From Bdellovibrionota bacterium (GTDB taxonomy: Bacteria > Bdellovibrionota > UBA2428), in assembly GCA_964202055.1 (NCBI GenBank), contig CAXNGS010000001.1, forward strand, positions 358,439 to 422,438: a stretch of DNA of 64,000 nucleotides, written 5' to 3'. Within the stretch, counting starts at the first letter, position 1. Every line of letters starts with the position of its first letter. The position numbers and the translations under genes are program-made. Under the pieces are notes generated by a model. The model was not told where the DNA came from. It worked only from the letters and a program-made list of their open reading frames with translations, and ran no database searches. Positions 29,901 through 37,188 of this stretch are shown here, one piece after another.

Positions 29901-30803
29901 GGTGATGGTGGAAACTCAGGAGCGAACACCACTTCCGCAAATTCTAATAATAATTCGGCAGCGAATTCAAATGAAGACGGCAGCGGAATTTCCAATACCA
30001 GCGGAAGCATCACAACCAGTGCAACTTCCACTAGTGGTGGTATCGGCGGCAACAACGAAGCGGTGACTATCGGGACAGACACTTCAGTGGCGGGCACGAC
30101 TGTGACTCCGCAAACGGGAACCAATAGCAACGGTGATACGCCAGTGATGTCTCGTGCCGATGCACAAGCTCGAGTGCGCGCCGCCTTTCAAAATGCTCTT
30201 GGGCGCGATCCAACTTCCGATGAATTATTGGCCTACACGCATTTTGTTGAAATTGGCCAAGACAGCGTTTTGAATTCCGCAATCACGCGCATTCAACAAA
30301 ACAATGCAGCGATTCAAGCGGAAATTGCCGCAGGGGCCGCAGCGGCAGCCGCAAACGGGCAAGCCAATGTTCAAAATCCTGGAGTCACACCAGTCACCCC
30401 GGTTAGTCCTGGGCCAGGTCCGGCTAGCGAACCTGTGATCGGTGATATTGTTGGTTGGATTGATATGGTCGATGCCAGTGGACGTGTGGGGGGGTGGCTT
30501 TGTGCTCCACGGTTTGAGGGATCAATAGCCTTTCACGTTTACGCCGAAGGTCCGGCTGGTTCGGTTGCCGGTATGGCGAATTTTTTAGTGGATGGCGTGG
30601 CCGATTTGCCCAATGAATCACAAGTCGATAGCGAATGCCAAACTTCAGGGATCGGCCATCGCTTTAACATTCAAGTTCCTGCTGCCAAAATGGCGGAGTG
30701 GGCGGGTAAAGCAGTGTTCGTCCACGGCATGGCACCGGACGGAGAGCCATCTGGCCGCCAAAATTTGCTGATTTCGGGATCGGGCTCTTATTCTTTGCCT
30801 TAG
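26958..30803 (+). CDS. Secreted G8-domain / beta-helix protein (TMEM2/CEMIP-like) with S/T/G/N linker and C-terminal domains
   Basis: Signal peptide; G8-like N-terminus; DQRAEVVNLSRKI, GAHLMV, MGQAGILARYPMHWH, SFQRCVVIHAT, GHGFFFEEG.E, YDGP. Confidence 0.85.
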   Translation: MKVRTWVLSFAFFTSMTSFAATNVSSIAKSPNGDLIIPVGVEAVLDNPAGGGKSIDAKILRIQGTLKCPNDGNFSIVAETILVSGTFECGRSEAKFNGRLDIQLKDNASNRPQRVGLQPENYRGFIIESGGTLRLQAPSPTMMVKLNATAEAGVNRIVVDGNISNWSVNDEIAISTTSYDPLGHEKFKISRIEGNQITLDGVIHHRHWGKIQSLAVGAQVPQILDQRAEVVNLSRKIKISPLDTTGSLNFYIADSQLGAHLMVHNGGTSKIDGVHFDSMGQAGILARYPMHWHEGGDGGDGQYLRNSVVENSFQRCVVIHATNKVRVENNICLKFRGHGFFFEEGTEVDNILDGNIGMAGMKPFLENHLLRSEDPSGRGLDQDRFAPGSVYWIANPRTKVTNNIASGFEGSGFWNSFEDKKVAIDGGVMAIDNINTPAGNFANNVAHSGKVGFTWDGAKDSSDHPEDVTANNPLNPFPSAESETDVGDRTIGAHHYSPTAIPVFSNLVAYKNINSGIYFRGNTAVYDRAVLADNGMSLFFAYNQITKNSVIVGFSENNDAEIKKYLVDNRNMQQVGVVLYDGPFELENLDFINFNGLSTYDSNAQVPFWGGGGSEKFVNITSKIRFSPRRPPLIASYGEAWPEVKHTNLIRDLDGSLTGKQGGALLAPAQMIARSAECVDQASFPLFSICPAEPKVGVLEGSLTPENETGNDNIWKQFGSLWYVVKRNDGVESFPGSDRETFVAKAKDSNALHTKIYLINGRNFAYEMILLPNQQAGIKEFNHTRGRTDLRIGWGGEDQSVGRSPLIKMTGFGSQCHITGATRVSATNTATAIREILGSTEGKYYSVGNDLYFTIGDPGHAMKSTLAGQGVSKQRNRKEYVGCDANLIEGFVSEPLPRPELLNSNQSTVADEGTPPAVITTTTSTTTSTGSGSTSNGNNTNTNGGGTATPATGNTGTGFFGFFRRGVTPVQVAASPNSNSGGDGGNSGANTTSANSNNNSAANSNEDGSGISNTSGSITTSATSTSGGIGGNNEAVTIGTDTSVAGTTVTPQTGTNSNGDTPVMSRADAQARVRAAFQNALGRDPTSDELLAYTHFVEIGQDSVLNSAITRIQQNNAAIQAEIAAGAAAAAANGQANVQNPGVTPVTPVSPGPGPASEPVIGDIVGWIDMVDASGRVGGWLCAPRFEGSIAFHVYAEGPAGSVAGMANFLVDGVADLPNESQVDSECQTSGIGHRFNIQVPAAKMAEWAGKAVFVHGMAPDGEPSGRQNLLISGSGSYSLP

Positions 30804-30883
30804 TTTTTGCGAATTTTTTAGTTCGTCAAATTTGTGTCGCGCTGATGGTTTAGATTTTTCAATCCTCGTTCGATAAATCCAAG

Positions 30884-31222
30884 GTGAAAACAACTTGGAT
30901 CAACACGAACTTTTTTCTAAAAACTTTTCTTAAGTTTACAGTTTTTTTGATTTTGCTTTGTTCGACTTCATTTTCATTCGCGGCTGATCACTATGATCAA
31001 GCATGTATCGCCGCTAAATTGAATTTGAGAGGTTCACATTTTCTTAGGCACACTTTTGCGACTCACTTCTTAGCAGCCACCAAAGACCAACCTGCGCTTA
31101 AGGCAATCCTAGGACATTCCGAGCTGCAACAGACCGATCATTATGCGCATGTGTTAGCTGAACTTCCACAGCAGGGCATGAAGACTTTCGAGCAAAATTT
31201 CCCCCTAAATAAGTCCCTCTAA
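30884..31222 (+). pseudogene. Chimera: signal peptide fused in frame to a tyrosine-integrase C-terminal fragment
   Basis: Residues 1-34 are signal-peptide-like (SFA|AD). Then HFLRHTFAT and LGHSELQQTDHY (integrase box B/C with the catalytic Tyr); the rest of the integrase is absent. Confidence 0.8.
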
Positions 31223-31314
31223 CTGGGTGAGACTGGGTATTGAATACCTAGAATAACTCCGCAAAACTCGATCTATTGGATTTGTTTGGAAAAAAGATAA
31301 TCGGAAAATGAAAA

Positions 31315-31380
31315 TGGTGGAGGCGGAGGGAGTTGAACCCACCTTCGAAACGCCCGCAGTGGGGCAGCTACATGCTTAGT
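31315..31380 (-). other. Isolated, slightly degenerate 3' fragment of tmRNA (ssrA), probable att-site remnant
   Basis: The minus strand reads ACTAAGCATGTAG...TTTCGAAGGTGGGTTCAACTCCCTCCGCCTCCACCA, closely matching tmRNA 3' ends. No 5' half was found upstream. Confidence 0.7.
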
Positions 31381-31600
31381 TCTGATCCAAACGTGACGTG
31401 CTTTGAATGCGCGCTTTTAAAAACAGAGTCAATCGTTGCAGTTCATCAAGGCTGGCAATTATGGCAGCACCGGCCAAAATTCAATCATTGGATTAAATGA
31501 CGCAATGTTTAACCGCTGCGGCAGTGAAAATTTTGTTTCGTAAAGTTTGGATTTTAAAATCTGAAATTCGTGTTTCTGTCATTTGATTTAGACTGCGTAG

Positions 31601-32131
31601 CTACTTTGTGTGATTCTGATCTGTAAGTCTCGAAAAGAACAAGATGTGATCGCTCAGCTCTTGCTTGAGTAACTTCAATCCGCCCATAATTTTGGAAATT
31701 TTAGCGACGGTCTCAGCTTTGGCTTTTGGATTGTTTTTAGATGCCAATTCAAGGGGCCACGCAGCTTCATAGGCAGCATTCATTAGTCCGTAAGCGATAA
31801 ACGACATTTCCATGGAATAGGGAAACCGGACAAACTTCCGAAAAATAATCTTACAGCCTGCCTTTTGGTCATCAGCTACGAATGGAAGGTCGCAAGTCGC
31901 CAAGTAGTCCTTCTCTCGAGCCTTACCCTTTGCCAAGCTGATGTACCCTTTGCTCGCTAATTTTTCGAACTGGGGGTCTGCCTGATTCTGAAAAGAGATA
32001 AATTTTTCATTCATGTCTTTTTTTTCATAGAGCTCGAGCTGAATTGTTTCTGCGGCTGTCTTTGCGTTTGCAGTAAAACTAAATAAAAATTGCAGAGTTG
32101 TGACGAGAAGTAATTTGTTTGGGAACGTCAT
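31601..32131 (-). CDS. Secreted hypothetical protein
   Basis: Signal peptide ANA|K; 176 aa; TAGACT -10-like box 6 nt before the ATG. Confidence 0.65.
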   Translation of the reverse strand: MTFPNKLLLVTTLQFLFSFTANAKTAAETIQLELYEKKDMNEKFISFQNQADPQFEKLASKGYISLAKGKAREKDYLATCDLPFVADDQKAGCKIIFRKFVRFPYSMEMSFIAYGLMNAAYEAAWPLELASKNNPKAKAETVAKISKIMGGLKLLKQELSDHILFFSRLTDQNHTK

Positions 32132-32496
32132 CGATACAGTCTAAATGTGAAACATAATTAATTACATAGAAAATCTCGACGAGCCACGTCCAACCGCGGC
32201 AATTGGGGACTCTCCGAGAGCCTGCATGACATCGACTCGAAATGCTAACTTTGGGTCTTTAGCTTGGAATAAGCTATAGATCCTCGAAACAAATGATAGT
32301 CAGTTGACACTACTCAAAAATTTCCGCTATGCCCGTCAAAGCTAGGGATTAGAGCGCAAAAAGATCAACGCCGTTACGACATACGAAACTGCAACAAGAG
32401 CTAACCCACCCTCTAGAGCATAAGGAAGCTGATGACCTGGCCGGATAAAATTGGTCCAGGTTGAAAGTTAGCCCGGACCTTTTTAGAAAGGTCGAA

Positions 32497-32775
32497 ATGG
32501 CAAAGAAACGATTTAAAGCAGAGGAAATCATCCAACATCTAAGGACGGTGGAGATCGAGCAGGGCCGAGGCCTGACGCTCGAGGAAGCAGCACGAAAGGT
32601 GGGTGTTTGTTTTCAAACAATTGTTCGATGGCGCAAGGAGTACGGCGGGCTTCGCGTCGATCAGGCGCGCCGACTCAAAGAGCTTGAGGGCGAAAATTCA
32701 CGCCTAAAACGCATAGTCGCCAACCAAGCCCTAGAAGTTTCAGTTTTGAAGGAAGTAGCTTCGGGAAACTTCTAA
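32497..32775 (+). CDS. IS3 transposase OrfA
   Basis: MAKKRFKAEEII, HTH, RWRKEYGG, LKELEGENSRLKRIVA; ends at the G GGA AAC slippery site (GGGAAACTTCTAA). Confidence 0.9.
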   Translation: MAKKRFKAEEIIQHLRTVEIEQGRGLTLEEAARKVGVCFQTIVRWRKEYGGLRVDQARRLKELEGENSRLKRIVANQALEVSVLKEVASGNF

Positions 32776-32801
32776 GCCCTGCACGACGACGGGAAGCGGT
32801 T

Positions 32802-33620
32802 TTGCATGCAGTAAAAGTACTGCAAGTTTCAGAACGCTTCGCGTGTAGGGTGATCGGACAAATTCGCGGAACACAAAGATACCAGCCAGTTGAAAATCCA
32901 GAGCGGAAATTACTTCGAGAGCGAATTGTTGCACTCGCAACCGAGTACGGACGATACGGCTACAAAACGATAACATCGATGTTGCAGCTCGAAGGCTGGG
33001 ATGTGGGCAAAGATCGTGTGCACGCGATCTGGCGTGAGGAAGGACTTCAAGTCCCGCACAAGCAGCCCAAGCGCGCCAGACTTTGGATGGCCGATGGATC
33101 TTGCATCAGGATGCGCCCAACCCACAAGAACCATGTTTGGAGTTACGACTTCGTTGCTGAAAAAAATCACGATGGCCGACCGTTTAAAATTCTAAACATC
33201 ATCGATGAATTCACGCGGGAATGTCTGGCTTCATATGTGGCTCGAAGAATTCGCAGTCAAGACGTGCTTCTGATTCTTGCGGATCTTTTCATCGAGCACG
33301 GAATCCCCGCGCACATTCGATCCGACAACGGACCGGAGTTTGTTGCTAAAATTTTAATGCGTTGGTTTAAAACGCTCGAAGTAAAGCCGCTATTCATAGA
33401 ACCCGGTTCACCATGGGAAAACGGCTACTGCGAATCCTTTAACGGCAAGATGCGATACCAGCTTTTGGATGGTGAGATTTTCTATTCACTCCTTGAAGCA
33501 CGAGTTGTGATCGAGGCCTGGAGACGGCATTACAACGAAGTTCGACCTCATTCCTCACTCGGTGGAAGGCCACCAAAGGCCCCGGAAACCAAGGAGGTGA
33601 ATTTTCAACTTGTCAGTTAA
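32802..33620 (+). CDS. IS3 transposase OrfB (DDE integrase core), expressed via -1 frameshift
   Basis: YGY, WSYDF, IDEFTRECL, RSDNGPEF, PGSPWENGYCESFNG, YNEVRPHSSL. Confidence 0.92.
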   Translation: MHAVKVLQVSERFACRVIGQIRGTQRYQPVENPERKLLRERIVALATEYGRYGYKTITSMLQLEGWDVGKDRVHAIWREEGLQVPHKQPKRARLWMADGSCIRMRPTHKNHVWSYDFVAEKNHDGRPFKILNIIDEFTRECLASYVARRIRSQDVLLILADLFIEHGIPAHIRSDNGPEFVAKILMRWFKTLEVKPLFIEPGSPWENGYCESFNGKMRYQLLDGEIFYSLLEARVVIEAWRRHYNEVRPHSSLGGRPPKAPETKEVNFQLVS

Positions 33621-34019
33621 TTACTAACATTGGTAGTGGTACAAAAACTCCCGGCCGGTCACTCAGTTGCCATTCTATTTTGCGAGTTTTTCATATTTCA
33701 CCAGAATAACTGGGATAGATTATTTCTCAAGTATTTGATGGGACTTTAATTAAATCCAATGATTGAATTTTGGGCGCTGCCATCGGAAGTGCTAGCTAAA
33801 TCGCGGCAACGCCAACAAAGTGTGCTTTAAAACGTACCCATTGGCGTGGCAGCTCACAAAAGCTCGTTCAATAGGGCAAGGTGTTTAAACGCTCGCTTTG
33901 ATGCCACTGTGGCCGGTCAAACAATTGTGTGAAGTTTGGAAAATCTCAGATTTTGATGTTGTGAAAACTACGAAGCATATTCGGGCTTGGCCCCTAAAAC
34001 TGGAACACTTAAAAGGTGC

Positions 34020-34661
34020 TTACCTCATCAACGCCCTTATCACAGTCTGGGCGGAACCCAGCATATGATCCTCTAAAGCTTCGAGGTATTTTGTGCATTG
34101 TTCGATCATTTCATCTCGGAGGACCTCGGCCTTCATGAGCCGATCAAACTCGCCAATCGACCATCCTAGGGAAGTAACGATGTGTTCAATTCGTTCTCTT
34201 GGAAGTTCAATTCGTCCGTTCTCAATCTGTCCAAAAATTGAGTTAACATAACCGCATAATTCAGATGCTTGATACTGAGAATACGTCTTCCGCTTGCGCA
34301 AAATGCGAATAATTCGAGCTTCTTTTGTTATGAGTTTGTAGAAGTTTCGACGGGGTTTCGTATGCAATGTTTTTACCGGAATCCAACTCTTCTTGGCGCT
34401 GGCCAAAGCAGCATTTGGATGCCTTTCGAGCTCTCGAAAATCATTTTCCGGCATGCCAATTGCTCCCATCAGTTCGAGCACCTTTGCATCGGAAATGCCC
34501 GTTCGCCCGTTCTCGATTTGCTCGAAATACTTTGCAGAACAGCCGCAAAGTTGGGCTGCCTCTTTGCGGGATAGTTGCTTCAATAGTCGTGCGGCCTTGA
34601 TGGCCTTATGAGTGTTCGTAATGATTTTCTTTGTATGTCGTGGTGCAGATCTTTCGCTCAT
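34020..34661 (-). CDS. Double-XRE helix-turn-helix regulator (copy 1)
   Basis: Two Cro/C1 HTH units (LSRKEAAQLCG..FEQIENGR; YSQYQASELCGY..FGQIENGR); paralog of 37189..37845. Confidence 0.85.
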   Translation of the reverse strand: MSERSAPRHTKKIITNTHKAIKAARLLKQLSRKEAAQLCGCSAKYFEQIENGRTGISDAKVLELMGAIGMPENDFRELERHPNAALASAKKSWIPVKTLHTKPRRNFYKLITKEARIIRILRKRKTYSQYQASELCGYVNSIFGQIENGRIELPRERIEHIVTSLGWSIGEFDRLMKAEVLRDEMIEQCTKYLEALEDHMLGSAQTVIRALMR

Positions 34662-34850
34662 TTTTCCTCCAAAAATTACGGAAGGAAACCTGGAAAATGC
34701 TCTCTTGAGTTTGAAATCTAAAGTGAGTTAACGAAAATTTCGACCTGATAAACTAGCAATATTCGCAAAGCATTCGATTATGAATGAAATCGAAAACTTG
34801 AGTTCGATTTGCTATTGATTCAATAGCCATTTTTAATGCGAACGGTCGGT

Positions 34851-34878
34851 AGCCAAACGGTAGCCACGAAATAGCCAA
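34851..34878. repeat. Three AGCCA(A) units at exact 11-bp period (integrase arm-site-like)
   Basis: AGCCA at 34851, 34862 and 34873; mirrored at 38024, 38035 and 38046. Confidence 0.65.
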
Positions 34879-35149
34879 CGTCAGTCATTGCCGGTCAGGT
34901 ACAGTCAGCTGCACTTCGGAACTCTCTTGCTATTCTATTGGTATCTAAGGGCTTGGGTTGATTGTGGAATCAAGGTGCCTTTGCTTCGAACAGCAAATCA
35001 GCACCTTTTAAATTGGTGGATGGCATTTTTTCCGCAATAAAAATATTGGCTAGGATAGTGCGTGCCGTTTCAAATTCTCCAGGAATTCAACAGCTTTTGC
35101 TATGGCAAAATCGTCTGTCACATCGCAGAAAGGCAATTCTGAAGATAGA

Positions 35150-35180
35150 TATGTATTTATACATACTAATATGGTAATAT
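35150..35180 (+). promoter_or_regulatory. brnTA promoter/operator: palindrome TATGTAT-tt-ATACATA and extended -10 TGgTAATAT
   Basis: Inverted repeat at 35150-35165; the -10 ends 6 nt before the GTG start and there is no Shine-Dalgarno (SD) sequence. Confidence 0.6.
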
Positions 35181-35186
35181 GTCTTT

Positions 35187-35465
35187 GTGGATTTCGAGTG
35201 GGATCTGGCCAAAGAGCTGGAGAATAGAAAAAAGCATGGGGTGAGTTTCACGGAGGCTGTCGAAACTTTCTCTGACCCTCATGGTATCCAACTGGTTGAT
35301 GAAGAGCACTCGAAGGCTGAAGAACGGTATTACTGGGTTGGAAAATCAGATTCTGGACGAGTTTTGACAACCAGATTCACGAAACGCGGATCGAAAATTA
35401 GGATTATAGGAAGCGCTGATTGGCGCAAGTTTAGGAGACTCTATGAAACAGCCAAAGATGAGTGA
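35187..35465 (+). CDS. brnT: BrnT-family type II toxin
   Basis: FEWD..K...N.KKHGVSF.EA...F.DP, EERY, RII. Confidence 0.9.
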   Translation: MDFEWDLAKELENRKKHGVSFTEAVETFSDPHGIQLVDEEHSKAEERYYWVGKSDSGRVLTTRFTKRGSKIRIIGSADWRKFRRLYETAKDE

Positions 35466-35721
35466 TATGAAAATCGATAAGGTTGGCACCCGTCGGATGC
35501 GCGCTGAGATGGCCAAGGCGAAAAAGGTTAAGATCACCATTAATCTTGATTCAGACCTTCTGGGCGTTCTTCGCCAGATGGCGGCGGAGCGTGGGGCTCC
35601 TTATCAGTCGTTGATCAATCGGATTTTGAGGCAAGTTGCTATGGAGAAGAAATCGATTGATGATTCGCGGCTTGAGAAGATCGAGCGTGAGCTAGCGTTA
35701 TTGAAAAAGAAGATTGCCTAG
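35443..35721 (+). CDS. brnA: BrnA/CopG-like antitoxin
   Basis: KITINLDSD...PYQSLINRILR ribbon-helix-helix; overlaps the toxin gene. Confidence 0.85.
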   Translation: MKQPKMSDMKIDKVGTRRMRAEMAKAKKVKITINLDSDLLGVLRQMAAERGAPYQSLINRILRQVAMEKKSIDDSRLEKIERELALLKKKIA

Positions 35722-35764
35722 TTAATTTCTCGCATTCACAGCTTTGAAAAAAATGTTCCCCGAT

Positions 35765-37120
35765 CTATTTCTCCTCGTTCAAATACTTTTGTAATTCAAT
35801 AAAATCAGGCCACCTCTTTTCTTTTGATTGGTAGTCAAAAGGAACTGTTTTGATGACCTTCCAGGTGTTACCAACTTTATTGACCCGAATCGCCTTCATC
35901 GAAGGCTTTTTGTTTTTATAGATGCATAGTGCGTCGAAATGATCGTCTACGAACGCATAAACATTCCTCAGGTCAGCTCCCGGCTCATCAGTTTTTCCGG
36001 TTTTCTCCAGTCTTTCACCATTGAAAAGGAGCCGCTCATTGGAGTCTCGGCATTGGTCCAATAGAATCTTGGGCACCACGCCCGGATAATTAGAAAAAAT
36101 GTCAACGTGTTCGGAACAGGGAGGAGTTCCGTCTATTTCCCAGGTAATACTCAAATCCCTGTTAGGAATGTAATTTGATATTTCCGCAAATAGTGAGCCG
36201 TCTGGCTGACTCACTAGCCCAGGGAAGCAGGTCAAAACCCGCCGGTATTTTTTGGGTTTTTCGATTTTCAGTTGGAACTTCTTGATGTTTCCTGACTTCC
36301 AATTTCCACCTGTTTTCAGAACATAGCGTTGCCAGTTTAGTCCACAACCTAGACGCTTTGGAATTTTTGATTCTTGTTCAGATGCCGAACACAGGTCGTC
36401 GCGAAGAAAGGGCAATCGGGCCGGATGATACCCTCCGACGTCACCGCCCAGGAAAAATGCATTTGCTTTATCTTCTCTCGCATATTCATGTTGGATCTTG
36501 GTGATAGCTCCCGCTTTAAAATTGTATTTCCAAATAAATGTATAGTTTACCTTGAGTTCTTTGATTGCCTGGGAGCAGGAAGATATCCCAGTGGCTTTAA
36601 GCAAGTCAGCGCATAGTACTTTGTATTCTTTTTGGTATTCCCGGCATTGGTCTTCGGTATACCCCTCCCAGGGACATTTATCGGCCTTTGCAAGCTTTTC
36701 GATCTCTGTGCCGTCTCCATGAAGAAAACTTGGATCAGTATGAATAGAAAGTAGTTTGCCCTTGTATTCATAATTAAATATCCATTCTCCACTGACCGGC
36801 TTGTTGTCTACTGTCAATTTCATAGGAACCTTGTTGTAGCAATCGCTTGCATCCCAACTAAACTCATCGAGCTTGCACTGAGGTTGGGGGAAGCCAAGCG
36901 TGATGGACTTGTCTTGCTTTGATGTATTGAGAAACTCGTATTCAACTTTGATATTTCCGGGAGCGATTGTGAGTTTCTCAGACTCAACGGAAATTGATTC
37001 GTTCTTTAAGAACTGAAAATTACCGACAACACTTCCGACTTCGGTATCATTTGCGTAAACAGCACCCGACAAAACCAACGCGACTGCAAAAATCAAACCA
37101 ACTGTATAAATCCGCAGCAT
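35765..37120 (-). CDS. Secreted DUF4424-family protein
   Basis: Signal peptide, AND...GNFQF.KN.SISVESEKL.I...IKVEYEF.N...ITLGFP, YVLKTGGNW..G.IKKF.L.IEKP. Confidence 0.75.
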   Translation of the reverse strand: MLRIYTVGLIFAVALVLSGAVYANDTEVGSVVGNFQFLKNESISVESEKLTIAPGNIKVEYEFLNTSKQDKSITLGFPQPQCKLDEFSWDASDCYNKVPMKLTVDNKPVSGEWIFNYEYKGKLLSIHTDPSFLHGDGTEIEKLAKADKCPWEGYTEDQCREYQKEYKVLCADLLKATGISSCSQAIKELKVNYTFIWKYNFKAGAITKIQHEYAREDKANAFFLGGDVGGYHPARLPFLRDDLCSASEQESKIPKRLGCGLNWQRYVLKTGGNWKSGNIKKFQLKIEKPKKYRRVLTCFPGLVSQPDGSLFAEISNYIPNRDLSITWEIDGTPPCSEHVDIFSNYPGVVPKILLDQCRDSNERLLFNGERLEKTGKTDEPGADLRNVYAFVDDHFDALCIYKNKKPSMKAIRVNKVGNTWKVIKTVPFDYQSKEKRWPDFIELQKYLNEEK

Positions 37121-37188
37121 ATAAGTCCTCCAACTAGGTAGCTTCTATTATGCCGCGGATCCTGAGTTCTTAAACGCTTAAGAAATTA

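Larger units (their letters stand above)
32433..33661 (+). mobile_element. IS3-family insertion sequence (IS407-group-like), 1229 bp
   Basis: TG...CA ends with imperfect terminal IRs (TGACCTGGCCGG / rc TGACCGGCCGGG); orfA/orfB organisation; flanks CTGA / CTCA are a near-perfect 4-bp target duplication. Confidence 0.92.
31474..33773. repeat. Dispersed inverted repeat pair (21-bp perfect core at 31474-31494 and 33753-33773)
   Basis: ccaaaattcaatcattggatt vs aatccaatgattgaattttgg; similarity extends outward (atggcagc / gctgccat). Confidence 0.8.

Noticed and set aside
30884-31222. Functional mini-integrase
   Set aside because: It lacks the core-binding domain and the first catalytic Arg/Lys, and the N-terminus is a signal peptide.
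31315-31390. Possible intact tRNA or complete tmRNA gene
   Set aside because: Only a T-arm and acceptor 3' strand plus the tmRNA-type ACTAAGCATGTAG are present. There is no D-arm, anticodon arm or matching 5' acceptor strand upstream, so it is treated as a fragment.
32345-33693. Small membrane ORF interrupted by the IS3 (MKNSQNRMATE|LPYALEGGLALVAVSYVVTALIFLRSNP)
   Set aside because: It can be rejoined across the insertion but is only ~39 aa with no recognisable family, and the target duplication is imperfect; too weak to call.
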